Shown here in pieces: positions 10,546 to 20,825 of a stretch of DNA of 64,000 nucleotides (positions are counted from its first letter, which is position 1; every line of letters begins with the position of its first letter). Source of the DNA: Acidobacteriota bacterium (GTDB lineage Bacteria > Acidobacteriota > Thermoanaerobaculia > Multivoradales > UBA5704); the NCBI GenBank assembly GCA_040005235.1, contig JBDTZG010000019.1:1-64000 (forward strand), given 5' to 3'. Position numbers and translations under genes: made by a program. The notes beneath the pieces are model-generated. The model searched no databases and was not told the DNA's origin. It worked only from the letters and a program-made list of their open reading frames with translations.

Positions 10546-12963
10546 CTAACCGCCGCATCGGCTCGCCGCGGCGACCGCCCCCTGCGCTCTTTCGAATCGG
10601 CGGTCGGCTTCCCGCACCTTACCGGAAAGGGTCGCGACGGCTTCTCGGGCGAACTCTCGAGCTTCCGCGCAGCGGCCTTGCTTGAGGCGCAATTCAGCGA
10701 GTGGCACGAGCGCTTCGGCGGTCGAAGGATGGCCCGCGGGGAAAGTGGCGCGAAACGCCGCGAGCGCCCGGTTAAGCCGCTCTTCCGCCTGAACGAGGTC
10801 GTTGGCGCCGCCTCGGGCGAGCGCCAGTCTCCCTTGACGCTCCCAGGTTGCGGCAAGCTCCGGGTGGTTTGGAGGAAAGAGCCGCTCGCGAATCTCGGCG
10901 GCGCGATCGAGCGGCGGCCCGGCCGCCTGTAGGTTCCCTTGCTCCAGTAATAGCGCGCCGAGCAAGTGGAGATCGCGTGCGAGGTCCGGATGGTTGCCTT
11001 GTTGGACCGTCTGGTCGATCTCCATCGCGCGGCGAAACGATTGCTCGGCCTCGGCCCATCGCCCTTGGCCCTCGAGCGCAAGGCCGAGGAATCCGAACGT
11101 ACGCGCGACCTCCGGATGAAGCTCGCCATCGTGGTTCCGGATCGTCGCTAGCGCCGGACGGACGAGCGACTCGGCCGTCACATAATCGCCCCGATCGATC
11201 AGCAGCAGCCCCAGATTGACCGCGGCGGCGCAGTCGGGATCCGGATGGTCGCGGTCGAGCCGCAGAGCGCGACGATAGAGCGGTTCGGCAGCCGCGTAGT
11301 CGCCGCGATCATGGAGCAAGAGGGCGAGATTGTTGAGGCTCGCCACGACCAGCGGATCGTCTTCGGCAAACAGCCTTTCCCGCATCGCGAGCGCTTCGCG
11401 AAAGAGGGGCTCGGCCCTCGCGTAGTCGCCCGAAAGGGCCTGGACCACGGCGAGCCGATTGAGGCTGCTCGCGACTTCGGGATGATCGCCCGGAAACAGC
11501 CGGCGTCGGGTGGCGAGCGACTCCACCAGAAGCGGCTCGGCGCCGCTGAAGAGACCGAGGTTTTGATACACGCGGCCGATCGTCTCTTGAAGCGAGGCGC
11601 GCACTTCCGGCTCGTCGGCCAGCTCGGTGCGCAGTCGCACGGCGCCCCGGTCGAGCATCTCGCGCGCGGTGACCGAGGCGCCGCGCGATTCGCTCGGATC
11701 GGCGATCTCGAACAGATCGATCAGAAAGCCGGCGGTGCGCTCCGCCCGGTCGCGTTCGCGGGCCAAACGGCGGGACTGGAGGGCGAGCGAGACGGCGAAC
11801 GCGACGATCAGCGCCAGAAATACGGAGGCCGCCGCCACGGCCCAGCGGTGGCGACGGACGAACTTGGTCGTCCGATAGGCCCAGGTGTCGGGCCGCGCGA
11901 CGACCGGCCGGCCGGCGAGGAAGCGGCCGAGATCCTCGTCGAGCTGGGCGACCGAGCCGTAACGGCGCTCGGGCTCTTTGCGCAGCACCATGCGCAGGAT
12001 GTTTTCGAGGTCGGCGGGCAGGCGCACCGCGGTGAAGCTTGGCGGCTGCTCGCAGATCGCGCGTTCGACCTCTGCGGGAGCGAGACCCTCGGTCCGAATC
12101 GGCCGTCGACCCGTCGCAAGCTCGAACAGCAGGACGCCGAGCGAGTAGACGTCGGTCGCGGTCGAGACCGGTTCGCCGCGCACCTGCTCGGGGCTCGCGT
12201 AGGCGGGGGTGAGGGCGCGCAGTGCCGTCGCGGTCGGGTCGGCCGGCAGGCCCTCGGAATCCCCCAACAGCTTCGCGAGGCCGAAGTCGAGCAGTTTCGG
12301 CGCGCCCTCCGGCGTGACCAGGACGTTGCCCGGTTTGAGATCGCGATGGACCACCAGCCTCTGGTGCGCGGCGTGGACCGCGGCGCAGACCCTGCGGAAC
12401 AGCCGCACCCGGTCCGCGAGGTCCAGTCCGCGCGCGTTGCACCAGGCGTCGATCGGCAGGCCGTCGATCCACTCCAGCGCGACGTAGGGCCGGCCGTCCT
12501 CGGCGAGGCCGACGTCGAGCAGGCGCGCGATGTCGGGGTGATCGAGGGCGGAAAGGGCGCGCCGCTCGGCCTCGAACTGGGCGACGACGCTCCGGCCGTC
12601 GAGCCGATCGCGGTCCAGCAACTTGAGCGCGACCGGCCCCCCTTCGCTCCGGGCGAGGTAGACGGTGCTCGTCCCTCCTCGCCCCAGCTCGCGTTCGAGC
12701 CGGTACGGGCCAATCTGCCGGCCGTTCGCCGCGCCGCTCGCGAGCAGCCGGGCTCCCGCGGCTACCGCTTCGACGATCACCCGCTCGGAATCAGGATCGG
12801 CGGCGATCAGCTCTTCCACCCGGGCGCGCAGAGCGGCATCCTCGCCGCAAGCCACATCGAGAACGCTTTCGCGCTCGCCCGGCGCGGCGGCGATCACCGT
12901 ACGCCACGCCGCCCCGACCCGAGGCCAATCCGCCGAACCGCGGGGTGCTGGGGGTCTAGACAT
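10546..12963 (-). CDS. Ser/Thr protein kinase with a TM helix and C-terminal TPR repeats
   Basis: LGRGG, VALK, HRDLKPGN, DFG and YASPEQ motifs; HPEVASSLNRLA-type TPRs; ATG12963 overlaps the ECF stop. Confidence 0.93.
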   Translation of the reverse strand: MSRPPAPRGSADWPRVGAAWRTVIAAAPGERESVLDVACGEDAALRARVEELIAADPDSERVIVEAVAAGARLLASGAANGRQIGPYRLERELGRGGTSTVYLARSEGGPVALKLLDRDRLDGRSVVAQFEAERRALSALDHPDIARLLDVGLAEDGRPYVALEWIDGLPIDAWCNARGLDLADRVRLFRRVCAAVHAAHQRLVVHRDLKPGNVLVTPEGAPKLLDFGLAKLLGDSEGLPADPTATALRALTPAYASPEQVRGEPVSTATDVYSLGVLLFELATGRRPIRTEGLAPAEVERAICEQPPSFTAVRLPADLENILRMVLRKEPERRYGSVAQLDEDLGRFLAGRPVVARPDTWAYRTTKFVRRHRWAVAAASVFLALIVAFAVSLALQSRRLARERDRAERTAGFLIDLFEIADPSESRGASVTAREMLDRGAVRLRTELADEPEVRASLQETIGRVYQNLGLFSGAEPLLVESLATRRRLFPGDHPEVASSLNRLAVVQALSGDYARAEPLFREALAMRERLFAEDDPLVVASLNNLALLLHDRGDYAAAEPLYRRALRLDRDHPDPDCAAAVNLGLLLIDRGDYVTAESLVRPALATIRNHDGELHPEVARTFGFLGLALEGQGRWAEAEQSFRRAMEIDQTVQQGNHPDLARDLHLLGALLLEQGNLQAAGPPLDRAAEIRERLFPPNHPELAATWERQGRLALARGGANDLVQAEERLNRALAAFRATFPAGHPSTAEALVPLAELRLKQGRCAEAREFAREAVATLSGKVREADRRFERAQGAVAAASRCGG

Positions 12964-13558
12964 GGGCAGCCTCGCGCAACGCCGCGACCAGCCAGGCGCG
13001 GGCCAGACGAGCTTCGAGTACGACGGTCGAAATCGATCGATCGAGCACCTCGGCGGTCTCTGCGACGGAGAGGCCGGCGAAATAGTGCAGCTCGATGATG
13101 CGCGCTTTGCGCGGGTCGACCTTGGCAAGCGCCGAGAGGGCGTCGTCGAGCGCCACCAGGTCGGCCGCCCGTTCGCCGACCGCCGAGGCCCCCTCGTCGA
13201 GCGACAGGAGCCGCATGCCGCCCCCTCGTTTGTCCGCCCGGTGAGCCCGCGCATGATCGACCAGAATGCGCCGCATCACCTGCGCCGCGACCGCATAGAA
13301 ATGAAGCCGGTCGCGCCATGCGGGACGTTCCGCGCCGATCAGGCGCAGGTAGGCCTCGTGGACCAGGGCGGTCGGCTGCAACGTGTGATCCGTCCGTTCG
13401 CGGCGCAGATAGCGATCTGCGACCCGGCGAAGCTCGCCGTAAACCCGCGGCACCAGGCGATCGAGCGCGCCGCGGTCGCCGTCGCGCCAAGCCGCCAGGA
13501 GCTGGGTAATCTCTTCGGCGGGGAGCACCGGATCGAACGACTTTGGGGTGGCCGACAT
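12956..13558 (-). CDS. ECF RNA polymerase sigma factor (TIGR02999-like)
   Basis: EITQLL..GD..ALDRL..YGELRR..HTLQPTALVHEAYLRL..MRRILVDHAR signature. Confidence 0.93.
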   Translation of the reverse strand: MSATPKSFDPVLPAEEITQLLAAWRDGDRGALDRLVPRVYGELRRVADRYLRRERTDHTLQPTALVHEAYLRLIGAERPAWRDRLHFYAVAAQVMRRILVDHARAHRADKRGGGMRLLSLDEGASAVGERAADLVALDDALSALAKVDPRKARIIELHYFAGLSVAETAEVLDRSISTVVLEARLARAWLVAALREAAHV

Positions 13559-13658
13559 GCGTTTCACTAGAACAACAGTGCCGAAAGTTCCAGGGAGCGC
13601 GACGGCCGGCGCCAGGCGATCTTCACGCTTTGCTGCGTTTCGGTGTCTGACGTCAATT

Positions 13659-14072
13659 ATGGAACCTCTCGCCGGCTCTTCTCGCGATCTCGACTCCGCT
13701 TCCCGGTCCGACGCTCTTCCGCCCACTCCCCGCCGCGCTTCGGCTCGGTTGATCAACTTCGGCCTGTTCGGCGCCGCCGTCTCGACCCCCGAGAGGATCG
13801 TGCCCAACACCCGCTGCCGCCTGCTATGCGCCGCGCGGGACGGAGAGATCGAGCTCGAGGCCGAGGTGATCCGTTCGATGTTCCGGGTAGCCGCCGACGG
13901 CTCCCCCTATTACGAGGTCGGGCTCCGCTTCGACGGCGTGTTGGGTGAAGTCGGCCAGAGGGTGCTCATGTTCCTGGTCGAGGTCGGAGCGATTGGAACC
14001 GACGATCGGCTCGCCGAGCGTTTCGCGGGGGGCAATTGCGGGCGGCTGACGATCGAGATCGAAGGTACTTGA
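13659..14072 (+). CDS. PilZ-like domain protein
   Basis: LINFGLFGA (degenerate D/NxSxxG) ... LEAEVIR ... YEVGLRF beta-barrel pattern. Confidence 0.55.
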   Translation: MEPLAGSSRDLDSASRSDALPPTPRRASARLINFGLFGAAVSTPERIVPNTRCRLLCAARDGEIELEAEVIRSMFRVAADGSPYYEVGLRFDGVLGEVGQRVLMFLVEVGAIGTDDRLAERFAGGNCGRLTIEIEGT

Positions 14073-14209
14073 GGGCGTCGACCGCCCTCGCAAATGGACG
14101 CTCCGCCCCGGTCTGAAGTCACCGGAAGGGCCGTGCTAAACTGGCAGAACGCTTGCTAGGAGCACAGTTTAGGCCGCACTTCAGAGAGCCTTCCTTCCGG
14201 AGGAAACGT

Positions 14210-16720
14210 ATGGCGAAGACGTCCGAGTCACCGGGTTCCGGCGATGCCGAATTCCGGCCCTTCATCCCGGCCGAGGCGAACCTGCCCGAGCTGACCGCCC
14301 TGCCGCTGATCGTGGGCACCCTGCTCGGCATCGTCTTCGGTGCCTCTTCCCTCTACCTGGTGTTGAAGGTCGGCCTGACGGTGAGCGCGTCGATCCCGGT
14401 CGCGGTCATCGCGATCACGCTGTTCAAGCTGCTGAGCAAGGTGGGCTTCCGCGGCTCGTCGATCCTCGAAAACAACATCATGCAGACGGCGGGCTCGGCG
14501 GGCGAATCGATCGCGTTCGGCGTCGGCGTGACCATGCCGGCGATTTTGATCCTCGGTTTCGGACTCGAAATCTTCCGCGTGACGCTGGTCGCCGTGCTCG
14601 GTGGCCTGCTCGGCATTTTGATGATGATTCCGCTTCGCCGCGCGTTGATCGTCAAGCAGCACGGCCTGCTCAAGTATCCGGAAGGCACGGCCTGCGCCGA
14701 AGTGCTCAAAGCCGCGGCGTCGGACGAGGAGCGGGCGATCGCGGCGGCGGGCGGCAACACCCAGGCGACCAGCGAAGAGGCGGCCTCGGGCGCCAAGGCG
14801 ATCTTTGCCGGCTTCGGCCTGGGTCTCATCTACAAGACGGCGATGGCCGCGTTCAGGCTCTGGAAAGACACGCCCGAGAAGGTCTTCGGCGCGCCTTTTA
14901 AAGCCGGATCGATCTCGGCCGAGATCTCCCCCGAGTTGCTCGGCGTCGGTTACATCATCGGCCCGCGCATCGCGTCGATCATGTGCGCGGGCGGCGTGCT
15001 CGCCTACCTGGTGCTGATCCCGGCGATCAAGTTCTTCGGTGAGGGGATGACCGGTCCGCTCGCTCCGGGAACGATCCCGATCGCCGAGATGGGACCGAAC
15101 CAGATCCGCGGCGCCTACGTGCTCTACATCGGCGCCGGAGCGGTCGCGGCGGGCGGCATCATCTCGCTCTTCCGCTCGCTGCCGACGATCTGGAACGGTC
15201 TGCGCGAAGGTTTGAAGGACATGAAGTCCAATCGACGCGAAGCGTCGCCCACCCAGGTCAAGCGCACCGATTTGGATCTGCCGTTCAAATTCGTGCTGAT
15301 CGGCATCATCGTGCTGATGGCCCTGATCGTCATTTCTAACGACCTCTACGTCGACGCCGGATTCGGCACCCGCCTGCTCGGCGCACTGATGATCGTCATC
15401 TTCGGCTTCCTGTTCGTCACCGTGTCGTCCCGCCTGACCGGCGAGATCGGCTCGTCGTCGAACCCGATCTCGGGAATGACGGTCGCGACCCTGCTGCTCA
15501 CCTGCCTGATCTTCCTGGCGCTCGACAAGACCGGCCAGACCTACTACGTGACCGCCCTCTCGATCGGCGCGATCGTCTGCATCGCTTCATCCAACGGCGG
15601 TACGACCTCTCAGGACTTGAAAACCGGGTTCTTGGTCGGCGGCACGCCGAAGCTCCAGCAGATCGCAATCCTGGTGGGCGCGCTTGCCTCGGCGGTCGTG
15701 CTCGGGCCGATCCTCCTCAAACTGAACGAGGTGGGCACGGTCTACGTGCCGCGCGTGACCTATGAAGCGGTGGAGAACGCTCCGACGCTGGCCGCGGATC
15801 GCGCGGCGCCACTTTCGGCTTTCGCCGATCCGATCGCGCCGCCGGTCGGCGGCGCCTACCGCACGCTTGCGGTGGCCCCGACCGATACGACCGCTGGAGT
15901 CGATCCGGGGACCTACCTGGTAGATGGCTCTGGCAAGGTCGTCTACAAGCGGTTGGAGAACTTCCCCGATGGCCTGGTGGCTCCGGCCGGCGAACTTTCG
16001 GCGAAGCCGGAGACGCTCAAGGGCGTTCAGGCGAAGACCGATTCCGCCACCTATCGTGTCTGGTTCCGCCAGGACCCCGAGGGTGGATCGGCGACGCACT
16101 TCCTGGTCGATTCCGCGGGTATCCCTGTGTATATGGTGGACGCGGGGATCAACGGCACCCACCGCATTCGTCCGGACGGCTCCAAGGTCACCAAGTTCGA
16201 TGCACCGAAGGCGACGCTGATGTCTTACATCATCAAGGGCATCTTGAATCGCCAGCTTCCCTGGGGCCTCGTGCTTCTCGGCGTGATGATCTCCCTCGTG
16301 CTCGAAATGTCGGGGATCCCGTCGCTTGCCTTCGCGGTCGGCGTTTACCTGCCGCTTTCCTCGTCGAGCCCCATCTTCATCGGCGGCGCGGTCCGTTGGC
16401 TGGTTGACCTTTACACGAAGAAGAAGTTCGCGGGTAAGAACCTGACCGAAGACGAGCTGACCGCCGAAGGCGACAAGAGCCCCGGCGTGCTAATGGCCTC
16501 AGGCTACATCGCGGGTGGAGCGATAGCCGGCATCCTGATCGCGTTCATGGCGGGGGTGCTGGACGACTTCACCCAGACGATCACCGACTTCATGACCAAG
16601 AACAACCCCTTCCTCGAAGGGGCCAATTCGGATGTGCTCTCGCTGATCCCCTTCGCGGTGATCGTGATCCTGCTCTACCTCGCGGGCCGCGAATCGATCC
16701 TGTCGCGCAAGGCGAGCTGA
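14210..16720 (+). CDS. OPT family oligopeptide transporter
   Basis: [41 protein letters not shown] and SQDLKTG motifs; GGAGG RBS. Confidence 0.95.
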   Translation: MAKTSESPGSGDAEFRPFIPAEANLPELTALPLIVGTLLGIVFGASSLYLVLKVGLTVSASIPVAVIAITLFKLLSKVGFRGSSILENNIMQTAGSAGESIAFGVGVTMPAILILGFGLEIFRVTLVAVLGGLLGILMMIPLRRALIVKQHGLLKYPEGTACAEVLKAAASDEERAIAAAGGNTQATSEEAASGAKAIFAGFGLGLIYKTAMAAFRLWKDTPEKVFGAPFKAGSISAEISPELLGVGYIIGPRIASIMCAGGVLAYLVLIPAIKFFGEGMTGPLAPGTIPIAEMGPNQIRGAYVLYIGAGAVAAGGIISLFRSLPTIWNGLREGLKDMKSNRREASPTQVKRTDLDLPFKFVLIGIIVLMALIVISNDLYVDAGFGTRLLGALMIVIFGFLFVTVSSRLTGEIGSSSNPISGMTVATLLLTCLIFLALDKTGQTYYVTALSIGAIVCIASSNGGTTSQDLKTGFLVGGTPKLQQIAILVGALASAVVLGPILLKLNEVGTVYVPRVTYEAVENAPTLAADRAAPLSAFADPIAPPVGGAYRTLAVAPTDTTAGVDPGTYLVDGSGKVVYKRLENFPDGLVAPAGELSAKPETLKGVQAKTDSATYRVWFRQDPEGGSATHFLVDSAGIPVYMVDAGINGTHRIRPDGSKVTKFDAPKATLMSYIIKGILNRQLPWGLVLLGVMISLVLEMSGIPSLAFAVGVYLPLSSSSPIFIGGAVRWLVDLYTKKKFAGKNLTEDELTAEGDKSPGVLMASGYIAGGAIAGILIAFMAGVLDDFTQTITDFMTKNNPFLEGANSDVLSLIPFAVIVILLYLAGRESILSRKAS

Positions 16721-16746
16721 GGCGGACGAACAGCTGGGCTCTGACC

Positions 16747-16773
16747 GGGCGGCCCTTCGGGGCCGCCCTTTTT
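16747..16773 (+). terminator. Rho-independent terminator
   Basis: GGGCGGCCC-TTCG-GGGCCGCCC-TTTTT. Confidence 0.9.
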
Positions 16774-16782
16774 GTTGAGGTT

Positions 16783-17331
16783 TTACGCCGATTTTTCGGA
16801 GTATTTTGCCGCGAGCTTCCTTACTGTCGTCAGATTCCTCAGCGTGGTCGGCATGCCGAGCGCCTTTTCGAGCTTGGCGCCGGAGAAAAGCGACTCGTTG
16901 AACTTCTTATGGCAGAGCCAGTAGACCAGGCGTTCGTAGACGTGAAACTCGTCGCAAAGCGTGCGGCAGCCCGCCACCTTCATTTGGCTTTCGGCGCCGG
17001 GAGCTGCGGCGAGAAAACCGACGTAGAGGGTCGAGTCCTCCGGTGTATCGGGAAAAGGCTGATACGCGGCGGCATGAGCGACCTCGGCAGGGGTGCGCAG
17101 GAACGTCGTGACCGCATAGCCGAGCGACTCCTTGAGGTGGCTCTCGATCTGCAGCTCCAGCTTCCGTGCGTCCTTAGCCGGTGAATCAAAGATCACGTTG
17201 CCGCTGGCGATGAACGTCTCGACTGCCGTGAGGCCGAGGGCCTCGAATAGCTCGCGCAGGCGGTCCATCTTGACGGTGTGACCTCCGACGTTGATCGCGC
17301 GCAGGAAGGCGATGAATTTTCGCGTGGGCAT
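16783..17331 (-). CDS. DUF1697 domain protein
   Basis: AFLRAINVGG..VKM..L..F..LG...VETFIASGNVIF; C-terminal T-x-RN..TVRKL. Confidence 0.9.
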   Translation of the reverse strand: MPTRKFIAFLRAINVGGHTVKMDRLRELFEALGLTAVETFIASGNVIFDSPAKDARKLELQIESHLKESLGYAVTTFLRTPAEVAHAAAYQPFPDTPEDSTLYVGFLAAAPGAESQMKVAGCRTLCDEFHVYERLVYWLCHKKFNESLFSGAKLEKALGMPTTLRNLTTVRKLAAKYSEKSA

Positions 17332-17346
17332 GGCGGGACCTCTGAC

Positions 17347-17661
17347 TTAGCCGGCGTGCTTCCACTGAGGCCGATCGGGCAGCCGTTCCAGCATCGCAGC
17401 TCGGCTCGGCGGCTCGGCGGGTTTTTCCATGTGGAACACCAGATGCCAATAAGCCCACGATCGCGGATCGAACAGGCCAGTAGGAGGATCCAGGAGCACC
17501 GCGCGCCAAGCCGATTCTGGAAAATGCTCCCGCGCCGCGAGGATGTCTTCGACTGTGCCGTAGACCATTACCTGGGCGAGAAAGCGGTGCGGATCGGTGA
17601 GCGCCTCCTGCGGGCTGATCCACCAGAACAGCCGCTTCGCGACCTCCTCGAGCGTTCTCAT
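17347..17661 (-). CDS. Small hypothetical protein, probable partner/antitoxin of the AbiEii-like NTase
   Basis: 4-bp ATGA overlap with the upstream gene; LFWW..P......RFLAQVMVYGT.EDI pattern. Confidence 0.65.
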   Translation of the reverse strand: MRTLEEVAKRLFWWISPQEALTDPHRFLAQVMVYGTVEDILAAREHFPESAWRAVLLDPPTGLFDPRSWAYWHLVFHMEKPAEPPSRAAMLERLPDRPQWKHAG

Positions 17662-18314
17662 CGGGAGAGGTCTCCGGGCAGTGCGGGAATCGACGTCAGG
17701 CGGCCTAGATCGACGGAGCTCGTAGCCGCGACCAGATGATCGCGAACTCCGGCTGGAAGCGAAGCCAGGTTGCCGTCGTTGAAAAACGACAGGGCTTTGA
17801 GCGAAAGAACCGGACTGAAACTCGGACCGTAGACGCCTTTCGCCGCTCCGAGAGCTTGGTCGAGGCCGATCCCCTCATCGAGCAGCCGCGCGATGTCCAA
17901 ATAATCTTTGGCTTCGGCTCGCCCTTGCACGGCGCCCATCTTGGTTGCAGCTAGATCGAGCAAAGAGGCGATTCGCCAACCGAAGGAGTCGAGAGCATCA
18001 GGCTCCGCAACCCTCCGCAAACCGAGACCGCCGAAAAATGAAAGCTTGACCGGACCGCCTCGATCCACCATAAAGACCAGGGTATTGGCCGACGACTGGA
18101 TGTGGTCGATCACACCGAGTTCGCCGATCTCTCGCTCAAGATGCTCGGGGGCGAACGGCACGCTGGAAAAGAAGTCGAAATCTTCCGAGATCCGGTGGCC
18201 AAGCCGTAGAGCGAGCGCCGTGCCGCCATACAAAACGAACCGCGACGGAACCACCGCCAGGTCCGGCCATAGTCGCTGCTGCGCTTCGGGGAGGGTTTCG
18301 AGCAGGGGTTTCAT
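17658..18314 (-). CDS. Nucleotidyltransferase, AbiEii/AbiGii toxin family
   Basis: FVLYGGTALALRLGHRISEDFDFF; K..A...R...KDYLDI. Confidence 0.9.
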   Translation of the reverse strand: MKPLLETLPEAQQRLWPDLAVVPSRFVLYGGTALALRLGHRISEDFDFFSSVPFAPEHLEREIGELGVIDHIQSSANTLVFMVDRGGPVKLSFFGGLGLRRVAEPDALDSFGWRIASLLDLAATKMGAVQGRAEAKDYLDIARLLDEGIGLDQALGAAKGVYGPSFSPVLSLKALSFFNDGNLASLPAGVRDHLVAATSSVDLGRLTSIPALPGDLSR

Positions 18315-18378
18315 CGCGTGCAAGTCTACCGCCCTCGGAGGGCCGAAAATCGATGCAACTTCCTCCGACCGTCGGCGT

Positions 18379-18477
18379 AGAAAGAAGAGGCGACGGTCTG
18401 AGCCACCGTTGCTGCTCTTCTCTCCCCTCCCTCAAAGAGCGGTGCCGGCCTCGCGGATTGGAAAGCGGGGCCGGCAC
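18379..18477 (-). terminator. Two tandem hairpins downstream of the TonB receptor; the distal one is followed by a U-rich tract on the minus strand
   Basis: GTGCCGGCCTCGC/GCGGGGCCGGCAC (18442-18477) and GAAGAGGCGACGGT/ACCGTTGC..CTCTTC (18384-18420). Confidence 0.55.
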
Positions 18478-18491
18478 TCCCCCTGAAATTC

Positions 18492-20693
18492 TCAGATCCT
18501 TCCGACCAGCCCCACCGACATCGTCCGCCCGCGGGCGAACGCCGAAACCGAATCGGCCGATTCGAGATACAGCTCGTCGGTCAGGTTGCGGCCGAGCAGG
18601 CGTAGTTCGAAGGTTTCGTTGATGCGCCAGCCGAGCCCCAGGTCGTAGCGTTCGTAGGCGGGAACTTCCTGCTCCGACGGCCCCGGCCGGTCGTCCTTGG
18701 CGTAGGCCGCGGCGCGGAAATAGGCCCAGGCTCGCGCTCCGGCCCAGCGGAGGGTCGCTCCGGCGTTCGGGGCTCCAATGTCGTCGACAGGAAGATCGTT
18801 GTCGAGGTTCGTTCCGCGGCTCCAGGCGGCCAGCAGCTCCAGTCCGAAACCTCTACCGAGCGGCAGTTGGGATTCGATTTCGACGCCCTCGATCCGCGCT
18901 TCGCCGCTGTTGCGGAAGAAGAAATCGCGGCTCGTCTGAATGCGCTCGATCAGATTGTCGATCCGGTAGCGGTAGGCGTAGAGCGCGACCGAGCGGCCGC
19001 CGCGCGCCCAGCGGAAGGCGGAATCGAATTGGAGGCTCGTTTCGGGTTCCAAATCCGGGTTGCCGGTCACCGTGCCGCGGCCGGAGGGCCCTTTGAAGTA
19101 GCGATCGGAGAGGGTCGGCACGCGAAAACCGCGCGCCGCTTGGAGGGAGATCGTCGAGTCGGGAAACGGCACGAAGGTGAGCGCCGCCTGGCCGGAGAAC
19201 GTGCCGTCGGTCTCACTCCGATCGCCGAAGAAGCCGCCGGAGTTGGTGCTCCGCACCGAGTCGCCGCGGACGCCGACCGAAAGCGAAACCTTTGAGCTGA
19301 GCGCGCGGTCCCAGGTACCGAAAGCGCCCAGGTCCGTCCGATCGGCGTCCTCAATCGCTCGCGCCCGGATCACCGTCGTCGGGCTCCCCGCACGGTCGTA
19401 GAGCTGCTGCCGGGCGATCGCTTCGAGACCCAGGCGGGACGAGAGGTCGAGGCCCAGCTGAATCCGGCCCCCGAGCGCGGCGCGCGAGGCGACTCCTCGT
19501 AGCGCTGCGTCGTAGGACGAGACGTCCGAGGTCTCGAAGATCCGGGTGGTGGTCGACGTCGCCAGCCGATCGCGATCGAGCACCAGACGGTAGTCGGAGA
19601 GCGCCATCGACAGGTCGAAGTTTTCCCAACCGCCTCGGGCTCCCGTGTCGAGCCCCAGATTGAAGCGGCGGGAGGTCTCTTGCGGGTAGTTCGTGACGTT
19701 CCGATCCGAGTCCGAAGCGGGTTTGCCCACGTCGGTCGCCTCGTCGTAGGCGAGTCCAACCCGCAGCCGGCCGAGGCCGGTCGGCCCGGTATAGCGCAGG
19801 GCGGCGCCCTGGCCGTCGTATTGCCAGAGCGGGATGGGGCGGCCCTTGCCGTCCTCGCCGTCCCGGCCGCGACGCGATTGAATCGAGGCGAGAAACGCAC
19901 CTTCTCCCAGGCTCTTCGAGATCTCCAGGCCGCCTGCCGTCTCCTCCGAGGCGAGCAGGCCTTGCGAGAGATCGAAGCGGAGCGAAAACGGCCCCGGCTG
20001 GGGATCTCGCGGCCGGGCGTGGATCACCCCGCCGAAGGCGTCCGACCCGTAGGCGACCGCCCCGGCTCCTCGGGCGACCTCGATCGAGCCGAGGGTGAAC
20101 GGATCGAGGAAGGTGGCCGAGGCTCCCGCCCGCCGTTCGGCGGTGACCCGGGCACCGTCCAGCAGGATCAGCGTCCGGCCGCGGGCCTGGCCGCGGAGCG
20201 AGGGGACGCCTGCCAGGCTTTCGTCGGATTTGACCACGCCGGCCACCCCGTCGAGCGCGTCGACCAACCGCTCCGGCCGGCGCTGCTCCAGGTTCTCCTG
20301 CGCGAGGGTGAGCAAGGCGGCGGCGGGTGGAGCCTCAATCTCGGCGGCCACTCCCGTCGCCACCGTAATCGTTTCGCGGAAGGTGGCGGCGAGCGTCACG
20401 TCGAGTGAGCCCGCGGTCGGAAGGGTTTCAATCCGGACCGGCGGCGAGACCTGGCCGCCGGGGCCGATCGCAATCAATTCGAAAGGAACGGCAGGGTCCG
20501 GCGCGATCGAAAAACCGCCGTCGGAATCGGTGAGCGCCGCGCTCGCGCGGCCGACCACCGAAACTTCGAATCCCGATGCGGCGTGGCCGTCGGGCAACAG
20601 GAGCCGACCTTCAAACGCGTTGGCGGCAGGGGCGAAGAGGGGAAGTGCGGATAGGGCGAGCGCGTAGCGCAGGCCACGGAAATTTGGCTTCAC
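18492..20693 (-). CDS. TonB-dependent receptor
   Basis: Signal peptide; ETITVAT TonB box-like; plug motifs SLRG, LLDG and IEVARGAGAVAYGSDAFGGVI; GNPDLEPETS; NLTDELY. Confidence 0.93.
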   Translation of the reverse strand: MKPNFRGLRYALALSALPLFAPAANAFEGRLLLPDGHAASGFEVSVVGRASAALTDSDGGFSIAPDPAVPFELIAIGPGGQVSPPVRIETLPTAGSLDVTLAATFRETITVATGVAAEIEAPPAAALLTLAQENLEQRRPERLVDALDGVAGVVKSDESLAGVPSLRGQARGRTLILLDGARVTAERRAGASATFLDPFTLGSIEVARGAGAVAYGSDAFGGVIHARPRDPQPGPFSLRFDLSQGLLASEETAGGLEISKSLGEGAFLASIQSRRGRDGEDGKGRPIPLWQYDGQGAALRYTGPTGLGRLRVGLAYDEATDVGKPASDSDRNVTNYPQETSRRFNLGLDTGARGGWENFDLSMALSDYRLVLDRDRLATSTTTRIFETSDVSSYDAALRGVASRAALGGRIQLGLDLSSRLGLEAIARQQLYDRAGSPTTVIRARAIEDADRTDLGAFGTWDRALSSKVSLSVGVRGDSVRSTNSGGFFGDRSETDGTFSGQAALTFVPFPDSTISLQAARGFRVPTLSDRYFKGPSGRGTVTGNPDLEPETSLQFDSAFRWARGGRSVALYAYRYRIDNLIERIQTSRDFFFRNSGEARIEGVEIESQLPLGRGFGLELLAAWSRGTNLDNDLPVDDIGAPNAGATLRWAGARAWAYFRAAAYAKDDRPGPSEQEVPAYERYDLGLGWRINETFELRLLGRNLTDELYLESADSVSAFARGRTMSVGLVGRI

Positions 20694-20825
20694 GAAGAGA
20701 TCCTCACCAGCGGAGGCGCGCCGGCCTCAAAAGGAGGTCGGCGACGCGATCGTTCTCGGGGTGGCGCCGGGCGGACGAATTCCGCGCGGGCGCCATAAGA
20801 GGCTCCGAGAGGAGGGATCAGCCGA

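Noticed and set aside
20694-20825. Cobalamin or TPP riboswitch before the TonB receptor
   Set aside because: No recognisable B12-box or TPP core motif by eye.
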